A DNA stretch of 64,000 bases from the NCBI GenBank assembly GCA_964016885.1, contig OZ024745.1, positions 108,252,001 through 108,316,000 of the forward strand, given 5' to 3'. Shown here in pieces: positions 14,379 through 28,714 of this stretch. Source of the DNA: Eledone cirrhosa (taxonomy: Eukaryota). Both the position numbers and the translations under genes were made by a program. The notes beneath the pieces were generated by a model. That model saw only the letters and a program-made list of their open reading frames with translations, did not search any database and was not told the DNA's origin. Each line of letters starts with the position of its first letter. The stretch's first letter is position 1.

Positions 14379-14510
14379 CGTTCCCACATCAAATTCTTGT
14401 TTTGAAGTTTGAAATATGCAAGTTCATTCCAGACAGCATCACTATCCTCTTGTTGGAGGTCCTTTGGTTTTGCTCTCTGAGTACTGCTGACAACTGCTTT
14501 CTCATAATTC
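14379..14510 (-). CDS. CNTLN: Centlein coding exon, not in ORF track
   Basis: attttgtattatag| ... |gtaag; 132 bp; phase matches previous exon (tg+g=W); NYEKAVVSSTQRAKPKDLQQEDSDAVWNELAYFKLQNKNLMWER containing the centlein motif EDSDAVWNELAYFK. Confidence 0.9.
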
Positions 14511-14556
14511 CTATAATACAAAATATTTTCTTTTTATTTGTTTATTTACACCTTAA

Positions 14557-14777
14557 CCCTTTAGCATTTACATTACTCTATATTTACTATAATATTTTCA
14601 CAGTAAAGGCTTTACCTCACATAATTATCTCACATAATATCGGATCTATGAGATTTTGATATTATTTATTTTGAGAGCAACACCTTAACATCAGTACAAG
14701 CAACCAGTTACAGCCAGTTTGAACAAAAAGAGGTGAGAGAATTCTGGCTGGATATGGCCGGTTTAGATGCTAAAGGG
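14557..14777 (+). mobile_element. piggyBac-like MITE (TTAA-flanked)
   Basis: TTAA|ccctttagcatt...atgctaaaggg|TTAA; other copies at 22084-22304 (-), 47851-48056 (+), ~14108-14304 (+, partial). Confidence 0.85.
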
Positions 14778-17700
14778 TTAAACTATGAGAAACAAGAGAA
14801 GCACTTAACTTCATAAACTATACTTCAGTGGATATTAATAGTGGATGATAATGTTGATGAAGAACGACATTCCAGCAATAGCATTCCCATCTTTTCTTCA
14901 GAGTGTTCCATTGTGTCCTTTTTAAAGATGGTAAGTATGTGATACAAAGGAAATTTAGCTGCTATTTTTAGCACATCAAACAACCACATAGATATTCTCT
15001 CATTAGTAGATCTCAATAGTGATTATATGATTGCTATATCTTAAGTTTATATTATTAGGCTCATGTAATAAATACAGATTTTCCTGCACATACCTATTAA
15101 CTACAATGTTTAGTATTATGGTGATTACTGACTTTCATTTCAGGCCATCGACCTTGCAAATATTTATATGTTCTTTCTGGTTATGGCTTGACATTCCAAC
15201 TAGCACAGAGTTTCTGAAATTAGACACTTTACAGTTTACAGAGTTGTTGCAAATATTGATGTGTGGTTGAAATGGGATGTAAATGTTTCTTTGTCAGTTA
15301 TGGAACAGTGCTTGTTAAATGTACTTAATAGTAAACCATTAACAGATACAATAATGCATCTGTGAAATTGCAGTCACCACCCAAAAATGTTTTGAAGTAT
15401 CAAATATATATTCTCAGATGCAGAATATATTTCACCATGAACTTCTGGAATATTTTACATTGCTTCTGTAGCCCTTTATTGAACTTGTAAAGCATGTATT
15501 TACATTTGTAGTACATTCTAATGATAGCTCCATACCAAGCAATGTCAAAACTTATATGAGATTGTATGAAGTAAAAGAAGAAAAAATTAACTCTAAGTTA
15601 TAATCTTTACAACATTTAACATTTCGCTATTTTGAAAATCATCCTGAAATATTTCTTCTGTACCCAGACAGATACCCTTACTCATGGTATAATGTCTTAA
15701 TTCTGGGAACAGTTCTTAAATAATCCCAAATATACCCTTTTCAATACCAACACACCCCAAACCACCTCTAATAAAGTTTTCAAATTTAAATTTAAACCTT
15801 GTACTGAACTCTCATCATTACACAGGAGATAAGGGCAATGAATAGGCAGTATTGGCAGAGCGTTGGACAATATGCTTTGCTACATATAGTTACATCCCTT
15901 TATCTTCTGGATACAAATCCCACCAAGGTTAGCTTTGCCTTCCATCCTCAAGGAGTCAATAAAATAAAATACCAGTAATGCACTGGGGTCAATTTAATCA
16001 AATTGCTGGCCTTGTGCCATGACAGATAATATTAGGTTTCAGTAGCTAAATATATCTTTCTTATTATTAAGTAGAAAGTTATTTCATTGAACTTCTCATA
16101 ATTCTTAATAATTTTGATAATTAAAACACAAATGCAGTTTATTGTTGTTAGAAATATGGTAATGAAAGGATTAAAGAATCTGAGACAAAATTTAATTTTT
16201 TAAAATGTGTTTACCCAACATATACTCTTTTAATTTTACCTGTTCCAGCCCATGGATTGTGGCCATGCTGGAGCACAGCTATTAAATATTTAACCCTTGT
16301 GTTGGCTGGGAGTGAAAAGAAGACAACCATGCTATTTTAAGATTCTTCTTTTGCTCTTATTGTATTATAGAACAATCTTTATGTAAAGTAAATGAGCCAA
16401 TATAGTAAGTATAGTTTGTTCTAAAATATCCATTGGCTATGTATAGTTAGGAGGGGCATTCAGCTGTAAAAGTGTACTTCAGTTCAGATATATATAATGT
16501 TACCCAGCACAGCTAATGAGGCTGACACATTATCCACTTAGAAATAACTAATCTTCATTTTTTTTTCTGTTCTGTCCCCCACTTATTTAATGGATTCATT
16601 ATTTTTTACAAGATTCTTATCTAATTTATGATTTTTTTTTAAATTTCTTTGCCGACATGTTTTGCATCCAGATACTAAGAAGCAGTATGGTGTGGAATAC
16701 AGTGCATTTTCATTTAAATATTATTCTCACAACTTCTTCTGGTTTTGTTTTCCTCCAATGTTGTTTTTGTTTAGCAATAGTTCAGCCCTTAATAAGCAGA
16801 CCTACAACAAATGGTATTCCAGCTGTTACCATCTCGTTTTTTTTTTATTTGGACACTGTATATCTAAGACTCTCCAATGTTTCCTTTCCCTTTGTAAGAT
16901 GGTAAAGTGTGTTGTTTGAGGGAGACTTGGTTGTTATTACTAACAGGTTGAGTGATCACATTAAGGCTTCTTTACTGTGGTTGCATATTCCAATGACATC
17001 AATTTACTATAGTTACTATAGGGATGATTTGATATGAATTAAAGTTGGGGTACATCAGCAACACATGATTTTCTGTGGATGCTGTGACAATTGGAACAAT
17101 ATAAGCTGAACTTCTTGATGCAGGTCTCACAATTGCTACTGATCTCTCTGACTGGTCATGTGGCACTTCCTCCCATGCAGGCTCATCCAACTCAGTTGTC
17201 TCTCCTCAGCTTGTCACCCAAATTATGTTTGCCTACCAACTTAATGTACAAGCAACAATGACCAATCCTTTCTCCACAGTGTTAGATCTTTGGAATTCCC
17301 TCCCTAATGATGTTTTTCCTGCAGTTAGTAAATTGCAATTGCTCAAGAGAGATAGATATCAACTGTCTTAACCACAGAGAGCCTGCAAAGATCATGGGAA
17401 CAACCTCATCTTCTGAAGGAAACCACTTAAAATGGGAAAAAAAAAAAAAAAAAAAAATAATAATAATAATAATAGCTGTAGCAGGTTGTTGTTTTAGCCT
17501 TGGCCAGTTCTGAAAGGACATACTTTATGATCAAAAGTATTTCAACTATGAGAATTCCATCTTATTTTAATGCAAAATGTATCTAGAACTACAACATCCA
17601 ATATGTACTTCATGTTTTAAGATTCTTGGACATAAAGTAAAAGAGATTTAGCTGATATTTCTAGCAGGTTGAACAACTATGTAGAGGTTCTATCGTTAGC

Positions 17701-18989
17701 TTAAAGCTTGCAACAAATTCTAATAATTCATGGTTTAAAGTTCTAACTTCTGCTTCTATTCAGTCTGCCATTATTCATGGTAGGTCTTCTTAGGTGCACT
17801 CAGAATCCTTACACAGTTGCTTTATGTAAGTTTGATGTAGTCTACCAACATTTGAGTACCAACGCTTCGGTTCCCAAAGAAGAATGTCGCTGATCATCTC
17901 ATCCTTTGCTCTCCAGCGAATCTTGCTCTTCTTTCTCTGATGATATGTGATATCGATGGTAAATTACCATGGAGATATTAGCCAAATCTCCCTAAAATTA
18001 CACCCACTGTCTTAACCATTTACTTACTTTATTTCTAACAAAAGACAATGCTTATGATTTTCAAATCATTTTGAAAATAATCAAGAATTAGCAGGGATTT
18101 AATAATTGTTTCTACTCTTGGCACAAGGCCAGCAATTACCCAGTGCATTACTGCAGAGATTTAATAATATAACACATTTTGTCATTCTGAGTTCAAATCC
18201 TGATGAGGTTAGTTTTGCCTTTCATCCTTACAGGGTCAATAAAATAAACTACCAGTAATGCACTGGGGCTGATTTAATTGACTTTCCCTTTCCTCCAAAA
18301 TTGTTGGTCTAGTGCCTGAATCAGAAACCATATTAAGCTGGTGTTTAGAGTGAAATTTAATAAAAGTTCTTAAAATTATGATGAGAAATGTTTTTAGATG
18401 AATATAAACACTTTAAAATAAACAGAATTGTATCATAGAAACAAGAGTAGTCATGTGTGGTTTAGTATCAAAAGTGTTAAATAAGTAGAAGTCATATTAG
18501 TTAGTGTTGTCTTACATACCTCTGAAAAGACAGGACAACTCAGCTGGAATGTCTTTCGTTATAGGGCTGCACAATAAAAGCAGATCTGGGACTAAACAAC
18601 AACCTCAGATTGGGCTAGGCAACAAGGGTGCCTCTATGCTAAATATAGCAGCCAAATCTCACTGAAATTATACCTGTTATCTTGAAATGGTTAGAAGACA
18701 TTGAATTTTAGATATGAAATGTTTAAGTTGAAGTGCCTGTATTATATATAGGTCTGCTTAGCCAGGACTGATCAGCAACTTAAGATTGGGTGAGATAAAA
18801 AAAAAAAAGAAAAATGCTAAAGTAAAAAGGAACAACCAAAGCAGAATGGAAGTAGGGTGTTGGACAAGATCTATTTTATCTCTCTTCCTTTAAAGAATTA
18901 AAATACCAGTCAATATCAGTACCATAGTAAATGTAAATCAATATAGTCTAGAAAGCATGACCCCAGTTTAATGAATGCAACTTGTAAAG

Positions 18990-19298
18990 GAAGAAGAAAT
19001 ATGCAGAAGAATCAGATGTAATGTGTGTAAGAGAGAAGGTTGCTCTTGTACAGATAATGTAATGTGTATGGGCGATGATCGACAAGTGAAGAAGTGTCAA
19101 GAATGTAAAGTGGAAGGAACCTGTAGAAGAGGAAGACCAAGGAAGACATGGGCAGAGGTGGTGAAAGCTGACCTCTGGACGCTGTACCTAAAAAAAGGAA
19201 AGGTTGGATAGGAGGAAGATGTACTGGAGAAAAACTCATCTAAATCATGCAAACATGGGAAAGCAGATATAAAATTGATGATGATGGTGACGATGATG
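18990..19298 (+). mobile_element. Degenerate RTE 3' end
   Basis: VEGTCRRGRPRKTWAEVVKADL followed by (ATG)-like tail. Confidence 0.78.
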
Positions 19299-20165
19299 TT
19301 GAACAAGAAAAAAACTGTAAAAGGTTGTGAAAGTAAAGCATGTTGTGTTGTTACTAAGCTTTTACAGAGACAATGAGGGATACAAATGAACAGGGTGGCA
19401 GTGTAGGGTGGAAGAAGATGGCAATTTTGTTCTTTCTTCTTTTTTCTATTTAATCTTTGAAACAAACTAAGGAGCTGATTAAGAAAGCACCAACACAGTT
19501 GGTATGCTGCTCGTAGACTGTAAGGGGACAGGAATATAAAGCAATAAATAAATAAATAAAATACCAGGAATTCCTTATTATCACTGTGATTAGACACGTT
19601 TCATGAAGCTTACGAGTGTTTATGTGTGTGTATATACACACATAAATAGATTTACACACATACATGTGTATACACATATATGCATGTACATATATATATA
19701 AATATATATGTATGTGTGTATGTGTTTATATATATATATACACATATATATATATATATATATATGTATGTATACACACACATGTAATATGCATAATTAT
19801 ACTCATATGTATATATGCAGATATACGTACATATATGTATCCAAATACACAATGATGTGTATGTGTGTGTGTGTGAGTGTGCATGCACATGTGATGTGAG
19901 TGCGTATAAACACCATCGTCACCTTCTTCCCACACCACACAAAAGCAAACAAAAATAAAACCAAAGAAAAATCCACAACCAGAACACACCAGGCTCTTCT
20001 TTCCTACACCAACTGCCCTTGAGTACTTGGAGTATGAGAAATTCAGTATTTCTAATGAGGAGGAATATATCACTGTTCATTTTCCTGACATTTGTACATT
20101 ATTCTATGTACTATACATGCACCTTTGATGAGTTGTAGTGCACCTGAGCACTGTACACAATAATT

Positions 20166-20213
<48 letters not shown>

Positions 20214-20814
20214 GGCACAAGCCATATTCAGTGTGAGCAGTTGGGAAAACATTTCTATAAGATAAGATAAGAACACCTTCCTCATCAGCACTGAAAAACA
20301 ACAACAATAACAACAACAACAAGAGCAACAAACAAGCAGCATTGTATGAAAGCAATCACAGAAGAGTAAAGAGACAGTTTATGAGGCAAGACCCCCCCAC
20401 CCTCCTCCCCACCAACAACCACCACCACCCCATTCTGCCCTCTCACTTTTATAGTCTGTTTCTATTACACCAACAAGAACTGAAGATGGCCAATTGCTTT
20501 ATAAATAGATAAAGGAGTTGATTTCTTGCTCACACAAACATATAAAGAGACACACACAAAAACAGATACTCAGACATGCATACACATACATTATTTGCAC
20601 TAAACGAAGGTAAACTATATACAACTGTCACAATTTTGCATTACCTCAGTAGTAAGTGATATCTATTATCATTTCATATAAGCATACCACTATGTAAGCA
20701 TGTGTGTTGATAATATATACATATATATATATATATTGGTATATATTATAAGCATATATATATATATATATATATATATGGTATTTTATCTGGTGATTCT
20801 ATAGACATGTTTTA

Positions 20815-20847
<33 letters not shown>

Positions 20848-20888
20848 CACCTAACTCTTTTTTTCCCTTCTGTATATATATATCGGTA

Positions 20889-20920
<32 letters not shown>

Positions 20921-20960
20921 CAGGTTTTCAAATCCACTTTCAATAAAAACACCAGGATTT

Positions 20961-21020
20961 TTTCATTCTGACGACTGAAAGCAGATTTGTTTGCTTTCAA
21001 GAAACCACTGGTAAATGAAA
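20961..21020 (+). ncRNA. Minimal type-I hammerhead ribozyme motif
   Basis: Stem I tttcatt/aatgaaa, core CTGACGA, stem II tgaaagcag/ttgctttca, GAAA (21001-21004), stem III cca-c-tgg, GUA triplet; between (TA)n tracts. Confidence 0.8.
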
Positions 21021-21120
21021 TAATTATCTTATGTTGTTTATTACATAACTAATAAGCTCTGTAACCTACATAGAGCACTCTTTTTTCCTGTACCTTTCCG
21101 ACGGAATTACTTCATTTATA

Positions 21121-21170
<50 letters not shown>

Positions 21171-21817
21171 AAGAGAGATAGAGAGGGGGGAGAGAGATAG
21201 AGACCTATTAAAGATTAGGTGTTGAAATGGTAAGAGGTTGATCGTATGGCAGAAAATCATATAATATATACAGCACACACATATACACATGAATACACTC
21301 ATATATATGTGTGTGCATGATGTGTGTGTGTATGTGTGTCTATGTTGGTAGAATTCCAAGGATCAAAAGTAGATATCTTACATAAATATATAATATATTT
21401 ATATATTTTCATTCTTCATGTCTATATTGCAATTTTGGTGTTAGTATGCTTAATGGTGTTGTTGCTGCCACTGTGGCTGTTATTGTTGATATGATTATCT
21501 TATACTGCTATCACCATCATCATCATAGCCATTATATTGGTTTAATATTAAAGGCATCAAGTGCACATAGCTTTATGAATAGTCTGATAAACAAGGACAA
21601 AACAAAGTAGGTAAAAAAACAAAAAACAAAAAAAAAACAATATTTTTTTAGTTGTCCCAACTTGGGGGGAGAGTAAGATGGTAGGGAATGATATGTGAAG
21701 ATTTGGCTGTGGTTTCAAGCATGTGAGTGATTGTGTTGAAGTTTCTTCTAGCTCTAAGTAAAACTAGGAGATTGGTATAAATCGTTTACTGTAAAAAGTA
21801 GCATAATTGAAGTTCAT

Positions 21818-22079
21818 TGGAGGTGCATGATAAGGGTGTTGGACTTGCGATCATAATGCCATGGGCTCGATTCCTGACTGAGTTGTGTGCTGTATTCTTG
21901 AGCAAAATACTTCACTTCATTTCACATTGCTCCAGTATACTCAGTTGAAAATAAGAACTAGCAATTAACCCTGCGATGGACTGGTGTCCTGTTCACGAGG
22001 TCTTGTTCACTCAGTCACTTCACACTAGAGAAGCTAGGATAAGCATCATCCTGATGAGCCTCTGGGCTCATGACAGACT
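21818..22079 (+). mobile_element. Old tRNA-SINE with family-A-like head and centre but different 3' part
   Basis: ttcttgagcaaaatactt..tttcacattgctccagt then ccctgcgatggactgg..ctgatgagcctctgggctc. Confidence 0.65.
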
Positions 22080-22555
22080 TTAACCTTTTAGCATTTAAAC
22101 CGGCCATATCCGTCCAGAATTCTCTCACCTCTCTCTGTTCAAACCGGCTGTAACTGACCACTCATACTGATGTTAAGGTAGTGTTCCCAAAATAAATAAC
22201 ATCAAAATCTCATAGATTCAATATTATGTGAAATAATTATGTGAGATAAAGCCTTTACCATGGAATTAAAATAGTATAGATAGAGTAATGCAAATGCTAA
22301 AGGATTAAACTTAGGTGTGCCCTGATTCAAATCTTCACTCATGGAAACTAACTGTGATTGTAGGGTCTTTCCTTGACACTGTAGAAACTGGAGTTAAAAG
22401 ACACCTTTTATAGATTTTTGTTATATGGAAAGGATTAACTATAGTGAAACTGTATATATCAGGGGTTCCCCACCTTTTTTGTGACATCACCCACTTTCAT
22501 ATGGAAAAATTTCTCACCCACCTGTATAGTAAATATTCAAAAGCACATATATATT

Positions 22556-22666
22556 GTATGAGCAAGGCATGGTCAGCCGACCAGACACTGCACACAACAG
22601 GACAACCCGTCTAACCCATGCTAGCGTGGAAGAACGGACGTAAAACGGTGATGATGATGATGATGA

Positions 22667-22670
<4 letters not shown>
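22556..22670 (+). mobile_element. ~115-bp extreme 3' end of the RTE LINE
   Basis: Nearly identical to reverse complement of 54250-54369, ends in (ATG)n. Confidence 0.88.
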
Positions 22671-22712
<42 letters not shown>

Positions 22713-22796
22713 AAAGTTATATTTAAATTGTTGGGTTACAACTAGTAAATATTTATAACTGATATAAAAGCACTCGACAAGTATTTGGAGTATATT

Positions 22797-23177
22797 TACA
22801 GTATTAAATAAATGGAAACTATATTTATAAAACCATATTTATTTCATTATATATATTTCAGGGATATCATATTAACAATATGCTATGCCTTCCTCAGACA
22901 AAATACAATATAAACAGTTTTATAGATAAATAGATTTGACATACCGTAACAACATCGACTTGTATTTGAAAAGTTGAATTGGCAATTTTTTCACTGCCAA
23001 TTCAACTTTTCAAATACAAGTCGATGTTGTTACGGTATGTCAAATCTATTTATCTATAAAACTGTTTATATTGTATTTTGTCTGAGGAAGGCATAGCATA
23101 TTGTTAATATGATATCCCTGAAATATATATAATGAAATAAATATGGTTTTATAAATATAGTTTCCATTTATTTAATA

Positions 23178-23182
<5 letters not shown>
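22797..23182. repeat. Long inverted repeat (188-bp arms, 10-nt loop)
   Basis: 22797-22984 reads as the reverse complement of 22995-23182, no mismatch seen; loop attttttcac; (TA)n at ~22669-22710 and from 23181. Confidence 0.95.
23074..23139 (+). ncRNA. Minimal type-I hammerhead motif (mirror copy on - strand at 22840-22905)
   Basis: Stem I tattttgt/atgaaata (2 G-U), CTGAGGA (23082-23088), stem II agg..catatt/aatatg..cct, GAAA (23120-23123), stem III tatata, AUA triplet. Confidence 0.68.
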
Positions 23183-23215
<33 letters not shown>

Positions 23216-23406
23216 ATAATATTAATAAATGGAAAATATCTTTAGGGTAACTCGAGGGTAAATATCCCAAGAAACATTTGTAACCAGGATTGAGCAATAT
23301 ATCCTCTATGTAACACCTCAACTTTGTTCTTACTATATACACTCTGCCCTGCATCAAGTGGTAACCTTGGTTCTCTCACCAGTTTTCTTCGGACTTACTG
23401 AACTTT

Positions 23407-23451
<45 letters not shown>

Positions 23452-23545
23452 AACAGATACCAATAACTAGATATATAGCAATAGAGAGATTAATGCACTA
23501 ACAAATATCATAATTCTTGACATGTTAAATTTTCTTATGTTTTAT

Positions 23546-23615
<70 letters not shown>

Positions 23616-26019
23616 TATATGTATATATATATATACACATGAAAAGTCAACACTTGGTAGAAGGGAAGACAGACATTGATTTTATATATATATATATATA
23701 TATATGTATATAATCATTTTATTTATTTATATATATATACACAGGTACACATATATTTAGACACACACACATATATATATATTTACATATATACATATAC
23801 ATGTATATATTTACATATATATTTATTTTTTTTGTTTATTATTGTTTTGTTACTAAGTTTCTACATTAACATATGCACTCTTTGGATATCCACCAGATTT
23901 TTATGATTAACACATCCAAGTGTATATTTATGCCTTTTTCACTTTGCATCAATCAATATGTTTGCTTATTTTTAATACAAATCTGCAGTTTTAAATATTT
24001 GTTTATTTATCTTAACAGAAATCACTGTAATTTCCAAGAGTGGTGATTTATTGGTAATTCTATGCACCACCACGTCACCTATAAATCATTTGAGTGTACC
24101 TGCACAAACATTTATGCAAGTATCATCATCATCGTCGGTTAACATCCATTTTCCATGCTTTCATAGATTAGACAAGTTGTCACATTATGAGAAAAGTCAG
24201 GTCTGGAGACCATGTCTTGCTTATATGGATCTGTAGTTTAGCTTGGTTTCTACAGCTGGATACCCTACCTAATACCAACATTACGGAGTGGACTGGGTCG
24301 TTTTTATCATGGCACTGAAATGACCACCTAATAGGGTGGAGTGGGTGCTTTTTGTCATCACCAGCCTGATAATCTTACAGGGTGGACTGGGTGCTTTTTG
24401 TCATGTCACCAGCACAACCATCTTACAAGGTGGACTGGGCATTTTTTTATCATATCACCTGCACGACTACCTTACAGAGTGGACTGGGCACTTTTTGCCT
24501 TGTCACCAGCAAGACCACATCGGAAACAGTGAATGGTGTGAAAACGTAGCATTACATTGGAGGTATGTTGAATGGAGAGGGTAAATCAGATCGTGGAACA
24601 GTATCTAGAGTGAGACTACATTGAAGAAGTTCCAGGAACTGAGTGACATGTTAATAAGGAAGAGAGTGTAGTTGAAACTGAAGGAAAAGGTAAATGCTGC
24701 ATGTATGAGAAGTGCCATGATTTATTGTAGCGAAACATGAGTGATGAATATGGAGCAGCCGAGAAGGTAGAAAGGAATGGAAATAGTTCTGAGGATGAGT
24801 AGAGTATTGCTCTGAGTGAAGACGACAAACAATGAACTGCAGAGGATAATGGGAAATAAAATGAATGTTGTGTAGGTAAATGGAATGAAATGGTTGGGTC
24901 ATGTTTTGAGGAAATAAATGTGGCAGAAAGTAGAGGAAGGAAAAATAAAAACCAAAAGATATGATTAAAAATGACGGAAAAGGAACTGAAATCCAGAGCA
25001 TTGGTGAGGGGAGATGCTGATGACAGGGGGAAATAGAGAAGTTTGTCATGGCACCCACAAGGCTAAATCCTGCTGGGAAAGATGGCTTTAAAATACTTGT
25101 TATATAACGTGCATTCCCTCCTAAACTCTGCGTCAAATATTTTCCCCAACCTCCTTCCCACTCATATATATAAACCTTAAACCTCTTGAATTAACCCTTA
25201 ACCACTCATATTTTTTCTAAAGCATGAGGCAGATGATTTTAAATGCAATAAGGCCGTGCATACCTGTATAATTGTTATCTATCTAAAACTGACAAAGATT
25301 CCCAAACTGCATAAAACTACACATAATTTAATTCTATATTCATTCTATTGAGTGCCCATCATTTTGACACATTTTCTGAGTGCATCTTGTTTAGAATAGG
25401 CACACCATGTCACTGCATGTTGTAAGATGCAACTAAATGGGACAGTGCCAAGAAGGGCAACTAGCTGTAAAATATTACATCAAAAAGGACTGCATGATGA
25501 GCATGAAGACATTTTATGGGGCCTACAAATCTAACCTTAGCATTAGCAGTGATAAATGGCCTGAAAATGTTTGTTTCTGCTCCTCTTTTTGACATAGGAT
25601 ACTTGTTCAATCATACACACACACCCACACACACACAAGCGAATATAATTTAGAAACTAAAATTGATGTTTATTTCTAGCTTAGCTTTTATTTGTTAATT
25701 CATTCCACCATCAGCACCACCACCACCAGCTTCTACATTTATTTATACATACCTTAGTTTGAAATATGTATATAGAAGTGTACACTACATGCAAACAGGG
25801 GAAAACTTAGTCAAGATAACGACAATTAAACAAACCAAAATAAAAAATAAGTTCTTTATATAAATAAAAGTAATGTTTATTCTAATTGATTATGATGTTT
25901 TTTAACACAAGAATTTTACATATCGCATTAGCAGAGCAAGCAATCATCATCATCGTCATCATCATCATCATTTTACGTCCGCTTTTCCCTGCTTGCAAGG
26001 GTGGGACGAGTCTTATTCA

Positions 26020-26082
<63 letters not shown>

Positions 26083-26348
26083 ATAGAAAATAAATAAAAA
26101 ATAAACAATATGTGACATATTTAGTAAAATAATCCATCAAAGAATAGATAGAAATGAACAGCAAGCATGAAAGTGTAAGGTTTCCAAGAGCTACTGACTG
26201 AATCAGTGTTGTGAAGGTGATAAGTAAAAGTGAGGAAGGACATAATAACATCAGTTAAACAACATTCAATGCTGCTTAGTTTAAAGCCATGCCAGAATTG
26301 AATACACATAAACTACACACAATACACACAAACACACATATATATATG

Positions 26349-26386
<38 letters not shown>

Positions 26387-27289
26387 CAATGTTTAGGTTA
26401 AGTGAAGAGGGCAAGCTAGTAAGTAAATATAGGAGTGCTATTGACTTGGAAGAAAGGGTGCAGAGGTGTGTGTTGATTTCGGATAAGTCACAACCAGTGT
26501 GTCAGATTCCATCACACCTCTCCGTTGACAACTTTCTATTGATTGCACTAACATTTTCAGAAAACTTGCTTCTTCAATTATACCCGGTTTATTACAGCTT
26601 ATCTATTGTAAGTTGTCATTACACTTCTCCACCCCCTCATCCACGCTCACACTATCTTTCTCAAACCAACACTCTCTTTCACACATGAAATCACACTGAC
26701 AGCTACATGTAGACTTGCATAAAGTTACACATAAACACATACAGTTTTACACATAAACACATACAAGCACGCACTCATGCCTAACAGATACAGTACAACA
26801 TTAGTTAAAACTTGTATGAACACAAAAATTTACATTTACAAATTGGAAAGTTGTTAGAACGTAGGACAAAATACCGTATGGCAATTTTTCTAGTTCCCTA
26901 TGCTCTGAGATCAAATCCACTTGAGCTCAAGTGAACTTTGATCCTTTGGTGTTGATGGAATAAAGTAGCAGTGGAGGACACTGGATTAGCAGAATTGTTA
27001 GAGTGTCAGATGAGATACCTTGTGCTACTTGTTTTGATTCTTTGCATTCTTAGCTCAAAACCTGCATTGATTTATTTGGGTGGTAGAATTAATCTGTCGC
27101 CTAGTTTAACACCACCACCTGGCCCTTGTTTTTTTTTTTTCATCATCTCCAGAGCATCTACTATTATAGGGTGTGTTTCTGTTTTCCTCATCCATATTCG
27201 GGTTATTTCTATCTCTAGATCTTTATATTTAGATAACTTCTCCATTTTCTTGCTTGATAGATATTTTTTTTTTTTTTTTTTTTTCTACT

Positions 27290-27462
27290 TTAGGCACAAG
27301 GCCAACAATTACCCAGTGCATTACTGGTACTTTATTTTATCGACCCCGTAAGGATGAAAGGCAAAGTCAACCTCGGCGGGATTTGAACTCAGATCGTAAA
27401 GGGACGTAACTATACTGGAAAGCATAGTTACGACCCTCTACCGATACTGCCAATCCACCGCG
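27290..27462 (-). mobile_element. tRNA-derived SINE family B
   Basis: Reverse strand: tggcagtatcggtagag..gagttcaaatcccgccgaggttgactttgcctttcatccttacggggtcgataaaataaagtaccag. Confidence 0.85.
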
Positions 27463-27770
27463 CTTGATAGATATATTGTCATCTGTGGGGCCGATTAATC
27501 AATTAAAAGACATTATTTTTTTTGTGTCTTTGCCTATAATATCCAGTTAGTTGGCTTTAATATGTATTGGTATATCACAGAATATGATTGCTTTGTCATT
27601 CTCTGACACCTCTTCTGATGTATGTTTGTACCACCTTTTTTTTCTGTTGCTATTTTGTAGTGATGGTATATGTGGTTAATTGCTTGGTAATGCAGTGACA
27701 ACACACATTAAAAATGACACTAATACTACTACTAATAATGATAATAGCGACAACAATAATAAATAATAAT

Positions 27771-27954
27771 TGTTTCTACATTTGGCACAAGGCCAGCAAT
27801 TACCCAGAGTGTATTACTGGTACTTTATTTTATCGACCCCGTAAGGATGAAAGCCAAAGTTAACCTCGGCGGGATTTGAACTCAGAATAGCAAGGGCCGT
27901 AACTCTATGCGTCAGAGCATGGCGTCCGACCCTCTACTGATACCGCCAATCCAC
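27771..27954 (-). mobile_element. SINE family B copy
   Basis: Similar to 27290-27462; older copies at ~1005-1160, 15835-16025, 18185-18330, 28375-28545 (+), 30320-30425 and 35450-35567 (-). Confidence 0.85.
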
Positions 27955-28589
27955 AATGGATTCTAATATGGCCCTAACTGTGACAACCCAATCTGTTTGT
28001 ACATAAGAGACTACATTGTTAGAATGTATACCTGTTTATTGACGATAGTAGGGTACAAATTTTTTTAGACATATATTGTTTAACCCTAGGATGGTCAACT
28101 CTGATTGATCTGACATATGATCACATTGTATCTTCCTAGATTATCCAATGTATCCATGTTTTAAGTCAGTAGTGTTTGATAGGAGGAGGGGTGGGGTGGC
28201 TGCTATTTCTAGCAGCTCAAGTAACTGTGTAGAAGCTCCCATGTTGGTATGATCTCCTTATGTTTTGATTATTGTTGTTGTGGTTGTTGTTTATCCCCAG
28301 ATAAACAACAACCACAACAACAATATTGTTTTTAATATATCCCATTTAATTTGTTTTTATATTTTCTTTATAATGGATTGGAAGAGTTGGTAGAGCAACA
28401 GACAAATGATTTTGTAGCATTTAGTTAGGATTTTCTAAGTTTCATCTTTCTGGAGTCGATAAAATAAAGTAACAGTTAAGCACTGGGTTGATGTAATCAA
28501 CTTTCCTCTTCTCCTGAATTGCTAGCCTTGTGCCAATGTTAGAAAGAATTATATTTTCCTGCCTTAAGAATCAGAAGCTGATAACTTAC

Positions 28590-28714
28590 CAGTCAGCATT
28601 TAAGTCATCGATATTCTTCAACTGATCTTTCAAGTTGTTGTAGTTCTCCTGAAGTGATCGGAACCTTTCCAAACGTCTGTTATGACTGAATCTGAGCTCA
28701 TTTAATTCTTCCTC
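28590..28714 (-). CDS. CNTLN: Centlein coding exon (coiled coil), not in ORF track
   Basis: ttttaatctcttctag| ... |gtaagt; 125 bp; EEELNELRFSHNRRLERFRSLQENYNNLKDQLKNIDDLNAD+tg; resembles centlein 'ELRDAHEKRKERLQMLQTNYRAVKEQLK' as recalled. Confidence 0.88.
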
